From the NCBI GenBank assembly GCA_004431415.1, contig QPMI01000363.1, forward strand, positions 1-41,788: a stretch of DNA of 41,788 nucleotides, written 5' to 3'. Below are positions 22,633 to 31,439 of the stretch, in pieces. The notes beneath the pieces are model-generated. The model did not search any database, was not told the origin of the DNA, and was given only the letters and a program-made list of their open reading frames with translations. Positions within the stretch are counted from its first letter, which is position 1, and every line of letters begins with the position of its first letter. Position numbers and translations under genes: made by a program. The DNA comes from Cyanophora paradoxa CCMP329 (taxonomy: Eukaryota > Plantae > Glaucophyta).

Positions 22633-22691
22633 CTGCCCTTGGGCACCTACAATCTGCCGCAAGGCACCTATTCCTGCCCTTCGGGCACCTA
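22633..22691 (+). promoter_or_regulatory. Three tandem mini-hairpins CTGCC-loop-GGCACCTA in the LINE 5'UTR
   Basis: TGCC-CTTG-GGCA, TGCC-GCAA-GGCA and TGCC-CTTCG-GGCA, each followed by CCTA, at a 20-21 nt period. Confidence 0.6.
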
Positions 22692-22732
22692 TCCGTACAG
22701 CCTCGCTTGATCTACGAGCCACTGCGCATCGC

Positions 22733-25303
22733 ATGACGCGTTTTCCGCTTGCGTCACCGCGCGCTCCTGACCGCTACTCTGCGCTGGCAGTTCTGACCGT
22801 TATGGCCGACGAAGACTGGTCTTCCTTGCAGCAAGGCGCATCGTCTGGCGGACGCAATAAGACTGAGCGAACTCATTTTATGTCGTTCTGGCACAAGCCC
22901 GATCGTTCTGCGAGGCGTCATTCTGTGTTTGCTGCTCCGGCCGCGGAGAGGCACCTTCTTGGTCAGGAGCTCAATCATGCCTCGGGAGTGCCGACTCAGC
23001 TTCGCTTCCGCTTCCCATTGGATCCTGCCAGGGCGCGAATCACTGAACCTGATGATGTGCGCAAGGTCCAAGGTTCCTATCGTTCAAAGGAGATGATTTC
23101 TCGTGCTCGGGAACTCTCACGGCACATTCAGCGCCCCGGCACTCCTGGCATCTCGCTTGACCCCAAACTGAACCCTGACAAGAACACTCTGGACGTCACT
23201 GTCGATTTTCACTCCCCAGACCATGGCGTCCTTCAATCCTACTCGGCTTTTTATGGCACCTTCGACAAACTTACAGAACTTTTCCCTACCATAGTCTCAG
23301 ACCTCTATCCCCGTGGACACCGCTATAAGCTGTTCCTCCACCATCAGACTGTGACTGATTTTGTTCGGGCCAATTCTGTTGCTGGTGTCCCTTCCTCGGT
23401 CCCAGCCCTTGCTTCTAGCTGGTCATCAAAGCCAGGAGAGCCTGAGCCCCACGTCCTTCTTGATCTGTCCATCAACCTTCCTCCCTTGGCGAAGCCCGAC
23501 CACCCATTCTTCTCAGCAGCCTCGATGGAATCTGATGAGTTCATCCGAACTGTCCTTGTCTCTATTCAGGATGCCTTGTCCCAGCCGAATGGTGTACTGG
23601 TCTCCAGTGACTCTCCCACAAACTTGCATCTTGACACCCTCCTTGACCGTATTCGGCTTCGTGAGACCAATCCTGACACTAGCCTTGGCGACCATGTTGT
23701 GATCCTTCCTTTCTCTGACCCGGCCCCAACTATTCTCTGTGCTGTGGCTGCTCACAAACTTGAGGGCTTCCGTCTTAAACACAAGGGTGTCGCGTATGAC
23801 CGACGTCTGCATCCGAACAATGACTACAACTTTACTGTGAAATGTGAGCCTGAGGTGGCGCCTTTCCCGGAAATTGTGCATGGTGGAGACTATCGCGTGG
23901 CAAACCGAGCTATCTGCCCGATCATGCTAATTGTGTCTGTCCCACGGTCGAACTTTTTAGTCCGCCATGTCCTCTCTCGTGACAAGGACTACCCTTTTGG
24001 CAATAATGGCATCAAATCTGTCATCTTTCCTGTTGAGGATTCCCTGCTGGCCTTCAATCTCAACTTCTTGGATGCTGACTACCCCTCTGTTTTGTACAAC
24101 ATCTCTCAAGCTCGGACTGGTGCCTCTGTGCCTGAGGCTGTTGCGGAGCCGTGCAATTACACTCCTTTCTACTCGTGCCGACCTGAATGTGAATTCCATG
24201 ATAAGTCGTTCTGTCTTATCCCGGCCAAGGATGATCAGTCTTTCTTTTATCATGTCAACCGTGATCCCGTCATCTATCACCTGCCAATGAGCCTGCGGAA
24301 TGAGATTCTTGCCTTCCACGGTGATGAATCTGCTCTTGCCTCGGCTCTCCCTCCGGTGCTCATACTCATGCTCTCTCTATTTCGGCCTCTCTCTTTCGTA
24401 ACCTCTTTTCCTTATGTTGTACTCTTGCAGAATGACCCTCGTGATCGTATGCCAGCTGCCCGACCTGCAGCAGCTCCTGCTTCATCAGCCTTACCGCGGC
24501 CTGCCCTGTCTGCTTCTGCTGCCCAGACCAAAGGAGCCCCTCCTCGCCCTCCTGCTCCTGTGCCGTCCGTGTCTGCTGTGCAGCCAGCTCCAGCTCCGGC
24601 TCCTGCCCCATCTGCTGGCTCGCCTCCGGATCCCATGCTGCTTGCAGTTGTTAAAGCCTTTGACCCCGCTCAACTTGCTGTTCTGGCTGCCACCAACCCT
24701 CCTATTGCACACTTCTTGATGACCTACGGTCACCTGGTTTCCGCGTACTCTTCTTCTTCTTCCGCTGCCCCGGTGTCATCTGGTCCTGCTGCCCCCTTGT
24801 CTGCCGCTTCGCCTGCTGGCTCGCGTGACGTCCCCAAGCGCACTCGTGACTCCGACCTCGAGCCCACTGCCTCTGAGTTGCCTGATGCTCCTCCCTCTCT
24901 GGCACCCCCGCAAAAGACGCAAGTGACAGCTGCAAACTCCATGCTTCCGCGCCCTTTGCAAGTCCCTGCAACCTCTCCTGCTCGGTCTGTCCTCTCTTGT
25001 GCTTTTGCTCTCCCCCCCCTGACTTTACCTACTGCTCTCTCAGTAAAAGTGGTCAGATTAAACCTGCGAAGCCCTCTGGTTCGGCAGCTGAGACCCAAAG
25101 TGATTCCATTGAAATTCGCAGCTACTATGCAGCCCTTGTCAACCAGCCACAGAAGTAGCCTTTTAACTGCACATGATCTTATTTTGAATTTTCCCCTGGC
25201 TTCCAATTGCAATGTACCTCCCTTGCCTCGTTGCCCACTGCTTGCTGAGCCGAGCCCCACAGACCAGATCCGTCCCTTGCGTGCACCCCCGTGGCCTGAT
25301 TAA
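22733..25303 (+). CDS. LINE ORF1 protein (~830-860 aa), no recognisable canonical domain, Pro/Ala/Ser-rich C-terminal third
   Basis: Long intact ORF ending 2 nt before the ORF2 ATG. The first element-internal ATGs are at 22733 and 22802. The track's 22511 ATG lies in the flanking satellite. Confidence 0.85.
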   Translation: MTRFPLASPRAPDRYSALAVLTVMADEDWSSLQQGASSGGRNKTERTHFMSFWHKPDRSARRHSVFAAPAAERHLLGQELNHASGVPTQLRFRFPLDPARARITEPDDVRKVQGSYRSKEMISRARELSRHIQRPGTPGISLDPKLNPDKNTLDVTVDFHSPDHGVLQSYSAFYGTFDKLTELFPTIVSDLYPRGHRYKLFLHHQTVTDFVRANSVAGVPSSVPALASSWSSKPGEPEPHVLLDLSINLPPLAKPDHPFFSAASMESDEFIRTVLVSIQDALSQPNGVLVSSDSPTNLHLDTLLDRIRLRETNPDTSLGDHVVILPFSDPAPTILCAVAAHKLEGFRLKHKGVAYDRRLHPNNDYNFTVKCEPEVAPFPEIVHGGDYRVANRAICPIMLIVSVPRSNFLVRHVLSRDKDYPFGNNGIKSVIFPVEDSLLAFNLNFLDADYPSVLYNISQARTGASVPEAVAEPCNYTPFYSCRPECEFHDKSFCLIPAKDDQSFFYHVNRDPVIYHLPMSLRNEILAFHGDESALASALPPVLILMLSLFRPLSFVTSFPYVVLLQNDPRDRMPAARPAAAPASSALPRPALSASAAQTKGAPPRPPAPVPSVSAVQPAPAPAPAPSAGSPPDPMLLAVVKAFDPAQLAVLAATNPPIAHFLMTYGHLVSAYSSSSSAAPVSSGPAAPLSAASPAGSRDVPKRTRDSDLEPTASELPDAPPSLAPPQKTQVTAANSMLPRPLQVPATSPARSVLSCAFALPPLTLPTALSVKVVRLNLRSPLVRQLRPKVIPLKFAATMQPLSTSHRSSLLTAHDLILNFPLASNCNVPPLPRCPLLAEPSPTDQIRPLRAPPWPD

Positions 25304-25305
25304 AT

Positions 25306-28300
25306 ATGGTTAACATTGCATCAACAAATGTGGGCGGGCTCAATAGTCCCAGCAAGCTGCAGAACTTTGTGGAACGTTGCAGGAAGTTTGCCGTTGCTCA
25401 CAAGATAGACATTCTCTGCTTACAGGAAACTAAGTTACGGGAATTTGATGACGCTGGTCACCCTTTGGGAAAACTTGCAAAGATTGCCGCTGCCTGGCGA
25501 GGCCTGTTCTTCCACTCTGCTCCTACTCAATCCCGCTCCACTGGTGTTGCCATAATGGTCACGCCCTTCTTTGCTGCACAGCACGAGGTTACACTTGCTC
25601 GTCAGGACTCTGATGGACATTTTATTTCGGTCTCTGTTGCGTACAAGGCGTCGGGTTCCTTCCCTGCTACGACTGTACTCTTGGCTTGCGTCTATGCTCC
25701 TGCTAGTGATAACCGGGACCGCCGTGAATGGTGGCAATCTTGTGTGCAGGCTGGGTATCTCTCCACCACTTTGCCTATGCTTCTTATCGGAGACTGGAAT
25801 CACCGCACCCCAAAATCTAATTCCCTGCAGCGCTCGTACCTTCACACAACGATGACTTCCCACCAGCTTGATGATCTTGCGAACCATGCTCCGCCGCCTC
25901 CTGCCGGCGGGACTGCTTCAGCTTTTGCCCCAACTTATTCGCGTATTGTTAGCCTTAAAGCTGTAAACTCGCGCCTCGACTTTGCTCTTGCAACCCAGTG
26001 GTTCCAGCGTCGCCTTGCCACGTACTCGCTCCTAGCGCCATCTGATCCACTCCACCTCCAGCTCGATCATCGTATTCTTGTTCTCTCTTTTTCGGGCCCT
26101 CGTGTGCACCGTCACTTGCCCCGGTCCCGCGTGCAAGTGTTCCCGTACGATTTCGTCAGCAATCTGCCGGGACAGTATTCTCAGCGCGGCAATCCAGTCT
26201 GCCTCGACCCTGCTCTGCGCAAACGCACGGAAACGCACTTGACCCAATTCCTGAGCACTATCCTTCAAGCGCGCGATGAAGGCGAGGTAGTTACGGATGC
26301 TGCTGCCTTTGATGACACATGGTGCTCGTTCTCCAAGCGGCTCTGCAAGATGGCGCGTAAGCACAGAGCACATGTGATTAGCAAGCTTTACATGCATGAG
26401 CGCGGGGCGTTCAAAGCGCTGGGCGACGTCGAGATGAAGATCTACCGCCTGCCGCACGGATGAGCACTATCATTCAAGCACGTGGTGAAGGCGAGGTAGT
26501 TACGGATGCTGCTGTCTTCGACGATACTTGGCGCGTATTCTGTTAGCGGCTCTGCAAGATGGCACGTAAGCACAGAGCGCACGTGATTAGCAAGCTTTAC
26601 ACGAATGAGAGCGCGGCGTACAAAGCGCTGGGCGACGTTGAAATGAAGATCTACCGCTTGCCACCCGGCTCCGATGCTGTCGCGCTGTACCGCGAGCGCA
26701 CCCAGCGGCTTGAATCCCTGCGCGAACTTCAGAAGAAGGTCTCTCTCAGCAATCGCCAGCTTGCCAGGCTTCAGCACCGGCTTACATTCGAAAGCGGCTC
26801 TAAGCGTGACTGGGCGCGGCTCGCCAAGCCCTCCTCCATTGTCCCCCCGCCGCTGCACTTCACCTCGGATGGTCCCACTGTTATCACTGTTGAGCCTGGC
26901 GCGGTTGCAAACTATTTGGCTAGAAAGCTTGTAGAACTGGGCGCTCCTACCCCTGCTTTCCTGTTGACTCGGACCTCTATCCTCGACGCTCTCTGCCCCC
27001 CTCCTGAACCCCCCGAGGACCCTACTCGGGGGGATAATCCCCCTTCCCGAGGACCCTATCCCCCTTCCGGCGTCTCCGGATAATCCCTCCGCTGCTGCTT
27101 TCATTCAACAATTTGTGGACGATATCTTGCCCCATGTTCAGGGGACTGTCCCGCCTGTTTGGCACACTCAGACTAATATCTCTCCTGACGACGTAGCGTT
27201 CTCTATCAGTAAAGCGTATGCCCATGGGGCACCAGGTCCTGATGGAATTCCTGTTGGCATTTTTAAGATGCACACAAAGCCCTGGTCTGTTTTCCTGGCT
27301 GCCTACTTTCAAAAGATCGCCGTTCAAGGCTTCCTTCCTGACTTTATGCGCGACTTGACCTACACTTTCATCTGGAAGCGGTCAGGCTTGCCCACTGATG
27401 CTTCGAAATACCGACCTATTGGAGTTTCTAACACACTCTTGCGCTTGTTCGAACGGACTATGGTCACAGTAGCCAATCCGATCTTACAACTCATCATTCC
27501 TGAAGATCAGTTCGGTTTCGTGCAAGGTCGGGACGTTCATAAAAATATCTTTGCAGTGCTGGCAACGTATACACGCATCCGCTACGCCAATTATGACTGT
27601 GTTATCAGGTTTGACTCTGATCTGAAGTCTGCGTACGATCTCTTGCTTTGGGTTATTATGGCGCTTGTTCTCCATGTTCAACAGTGGCCCTGGCTTATCC
27701 GGCGAATGCACCACTGCCTGTACAACTCCAGAGCCCCCCTCCGTGCACGTGTATTTGCGAATGGGCTATTCTCTTCTGTGTTCTCACGTCTTGTGGGCAC
27801 CATTCAAGGTGGTCCCTGGAGCCCGGTTTCCTTCATTCTCTCGATCAGCCCTCTACGTTCTCTCTTGCTCTCACTCACTGATATACCCCGCCCTGTTGGC
27901 ACCCCCCTTGTCCAGTTTGCTGATGATATTTATCAGCTATTCCTGCTCCGCGCCCAGGGGCTATCTCTGCATGACTCCCTCTTAGCAATCCATGCACATT
28001 TCGGCTCTTTTAAACCTTTCTCTGGTCAGCATCTCTCTATGGAGAAATCTCTTGCTATTGTTCTGAGGGAACCTGCTGCCTCTCCATTGGATCTCGATCC
28101 GGCCGATCCCTTGCCATTCCCTGTTCTCCGCGTCGCTGAGCTTGATCCTGCTTGTCATAAGCAGCTCGGTTTCCCTCATCAGCTCCTTCTGGATCGCGAG
28201 CACCATCCGTCTTGGAACATGATTCGACATAAAGCAACCTTCTTTATGGAGACAGCTGTCGATTTCCAGTCGTCCCTTCTTGGACGTGGTCGCATCGCCT

Positions 28301-31170
28301 ATGCTTTTTGTCAGGGGGTCTTAAGCTTTTACATCCGTGCGGTTCCAGCACCTCCTAAGATCCTCCGGGCTATTTCAAAGAATTTACAGACCTTTGTCTG
28401 GAAACGTTCTTCAAATTCCGATGCGTTCATCTTACCCCATCAGGGCATGACCACTGCTTTGTGTCGACCTGTATCTCTCGGCGGTCTCGGAGCGCCCTCC
28501 CCCGAACACTTCCAGCTCGCCTTTGCCGCAAACTCTTTGGAATCGTGGCTTGCTTCCCCGGCATCTTTTCCTGGTCGAGAAATTATTGAGGCGTTCACGG
28601 AAAACGGTGGCTTTGGGCTCTGGCTTCCTTTTCTCAACAGGACTGATTGCTTGGTTAAGCCTTTGTGGCCTCCACCTGCTGACCCATTCTTTGCCATCTT
28701 CGACGCTTGGCGGACTATTTTCGATGTCAAGAAACCACGCTGCGCTTGGGATTTCCTGCGTATGCCGATCATGCACCCTTGGTATAAGAAAGACACATAC
28801 TATGAGCGTGATTTCACTTTCACGTTGCTCTTCCGTCTCGGCTTCCGTTTCAACTATCAAATCTGGGACTTCTCTGGGGAACATACTCTCTATGTCGAGC
28901 CCTCCTATCCCGAGCAACTGCGCGACCAGCTGCATGCGCTCAATAATCGACTTGCACAAGAGGTCTGGCGCTGTGGTTGCACTGCAGACTGGAAACACGA
29001 ACCTGGAGGTCTCGCTATTGGCCCTTTTTCGAAACTTGCTGCTGAACGCGTCTCACTTCAGGGCGTAGCTCTCTGTCGCGTTCGCCTTCTTCCTGACACA
29101 CAGCTCGCTTTCCATGAGATTGATGTGCCCTGCAGTACTTTGCTTGACAGTCCCGTTGCCCTCCCCGATGTACTTGCAATCCGGCCCGCGGCCCGTGCGA
29201 TCGACTTCATTCCCGTGCCTGCACATGCGCTTAGCCTTGTTAAGAATGCTTGCAAGTTGTCCCCCATGCCTGCACTCGTCCGGTTCCTCATGAACTCGTT
29301 ACAGCTTTCCGACCTTGCACTCCGTCCGCTGCCTCCGTCGTCTTCCCGTACGTTTGCGTTCCACTCTGACCGTGAGAACATCAATGATCGCTCAAAGGAA
29401 GAGCTGCGCCTCTCTAAGTCGGTTGCGTACAAGCTGCCTGCTGCCCCGTCGCGTTTCACGGTTCACAACATGTACAAGTACCTTTCCTCCCACGCTTTCA
29501 TGGCGCCGACGACCGCTGAGACTAAGTGGCGTGCTGATCTCTCCCCAAAGTTCCTCTGGCCGCCGGGCTACGATGCGCGCACTGATCGCTTTCCCTGGTT
29601 CAACACGGTGATTCCCGACCTCCGCTATGCTCTCACGCAGCGCGTCCTTGACGGCTACTTTGCACTGCGCTACAACGCTCTTCGCACATCGTCCCGCATC
29701 GCTGATATGGCTGCGCGCTCTGATCTTCAGCGTCCTGCTTCGGCAAATTTGCTTGACAGTGAGCTCCTCTCCTCGCTATGTCCGGTCTGCCACCGGCGCT
29801 GCAATGCGCTGCACGTTTTCGTTCTCTGCCCTGTTGTGCAGCAATTTTGGTCGCTCATCTTCCATGCCCTGCAGCTCCAACCGATGCCCATTCCTTCCGC
29901 TCGCTTTGTTGCCTGGTTGCTTACTGGCTCGGTCCGTTTTGCTGACAGCTGGATGTTCTTGCAGAACTGGGAGTGGCAGGTTGTTCGGATTCTTGGATTG
30001 CACGTCATTTTCCGCTCGTATTGTCTGGCCTATCGAGCAGGTCGCACTGAAGCTGCGGCCACGTTTGCAATGGACCCTAACACACAGCTGCCCCTTACAC
30101 CTTCCTCCAAGACGGGCTTGAAGGCCGCTACTCTGATGACTGCCTTGTTCCGCGAACTGGACGATTTCATGGACATGCTTCCTCGCCGTTTACCTCGATT
30201 TAAAGTCACCTATGTCCGTGGGTATATCCGTTTCATCTCTACTGCTGACCCCTCTCATTCTTCATTCTACGCTAATCTTTTAGACGCTGCTCGTACTTAT
30301 GACCATTCCCTAGCCTCTTATGAGCACTGTGAACATATTGCTCAGCCTGCCCCTAGCCCCGATCTAGCCCCTAGCCCCCTTGTGGCTCAGTTTCCTTATG
30401 CCAGTGCGCGGCCTGTCCTGCTGCAGCGTCTTGAAAAGGAGGATCTTGAAGGCTATATGTACCCTCCTGACAACGGCTCAGACTCCTCTGACCTTTCCGA
30501 CCTTGGCCCTGATGATCCTGATAATTCCTCCAGTAGTACCTCACCGGATGATGACGACCCCCCTGGTGGACCCGACCCTGCCCCTGACCCTGGTCCTGTG
30601 GCTCACTCACCCCCTCACCCGCTGCCACCTCACCCGCCGCCCGATATTGACTCGGAGGATGAGCCGCCTCTTCAACGCCGTCTTGTTGGTGCTTCAGCGT
30701 TTGGTCTTGATGCTGCTATAGATGATACAGGTTCACCTCCGCCCTCTCCTCAAGTTATCATCTATGTGGATGACACTGAGCTTGCCCCTGATCTGCTGCC
30801 GATCTCTCCTATCCGAATCGACGCTGTTGCTGTTGAGCCCGACTTCACGAGTCATGCTGCCATTGCTTCCCCAGCTCCTCCCTCTTCTGCCCCTCTGCCG
30901 TCTTCTGCGCCTATGACGCCCATGGATACTGATCCTCTTTCTCCTTTTATTGTCCCGCCTAAGCGTCGTCGAGTGTCTTCTCCAGACCCTGGTGCTCTGG
31001 ATCATGGTGATTACATTCCTGGTGTCCCACCTCAGGTTTCTTTCAAACGCTTGCGGCCTTCACCTCCCCCAACTCTCCCATCCGCTGCCCCTATGGATCT
31101 CGCTGATGACCCAGGTTCCCCAATGGTGCTTATCTCTGACGAAGAGGCTGATGACATGACTGATGGCTGA
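25306..31170 (+). pseudogene. LINE ORF2 (APE endonuclease - reverse transcriptase - CCHC - acidic/Pro-rich tail), interrupted by two lesions; reconstructs to ~1873 aa
   Basis: APE motifs: STNVGGL, LQETK, GVAI, VYAP, IGDWN, SRLD, LDH. RT motifs: APGPDG, YRPI, QFGFVQGR, DLKSAYD, GTIQGGPWSP, FADD, GGLG. Zinc finger CPVC-x7-H-x4-C at ~29779-29829. Removing a 209-bp duplication and a 34-bp insertion joins 25306-26463, 26559-27083 and 27115-31170 into one frame. Confidence 0.95.
26252..26669 (+). repeat. 209-bp diverged tandem duplication within ORF2
   Basis: Copies start with TGAGCACTATC at 26252 and 26461. There are about 30 differences by manual count (~86% identity). The duplication creates TGA at 26461 and a frameshift. 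Confidence 0.95.
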
Positions 31171-31439
31171 AGGTTTCACACGTGAGGTCGTGACCAGGAC
31201 TCCCCCAGGCCAGCATTAGGAAGAGGCCCGCATTGGGATGTCTGTGGTTGTTTTCCGTGTCTGCGTGTATGAGCGCCGGACCGCCAGGGCATACATGGCA
31301 GACCGTAAGGCGTTTGCGCCGCCACTACCCTTGTCTGGTTGGTTCACTGTCGATTGTGCTTCGGGCCTTCGGGTCCTTCGCCTTTCGTCAAAACCGCACA
31401 ACCGGCTTGGGCATGTCTTATACATACTCTTCTTCTTCT
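31171..31439 (+). other. LINE 3'UTR with stem-loops and (TTC)n tail
   Basis: Stem GTCTGCGTGTATG (31259-31271) pairs with CATACATGGCAGAC (31290-31303). A GGGCC-TTCG-GGTCC hairpin sits inside a TTGTGC/GCACAA stem. The tail is CTCTTCTTCTTCTT with no poly(A). Confidence 0.75.

Larger units (their letters stand above)
22536..31439 (+). mobile_element. Apparently full-length non-LTR retrotransposon (APE-RT LINE, L1/Tx1-like), ~8.9 kb, inserted in SatB
   Basis: It has a 5'UTR, ORF1, ORF2 (APE-RT-CCHC) and a 3'UTR ending in (TTC)n. It is flanked by TSD TCTGGGGAA at 22527-22535 and 31440-31448. Excision restores ...TCTCTCTGGGGAAATATGCACAAGG, a monomer variant present intact near 32305. Confidence 0.96.

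Noticed and set aside
22536-22640. HDV-like ribozyme at the LINE 5' end
   Set aside because: No P1/P2/P3 nested pseudoknot pairing could be identified by eye.
22511-22732. N-terminal 74 codons of the 930-aa ORF
   Set aside because: The ATG lies in the flanking satellite, upstream of the TSD. This region is more plausibly 5'UTR that happens to be open.
26442-31005. Antisense and alternate-frame ORFs over the LINE (e.g. 26442-27104, 28432-28998)
   Set aside because: These are shadow ORFs of a GC-rich coding strand with no motifs.
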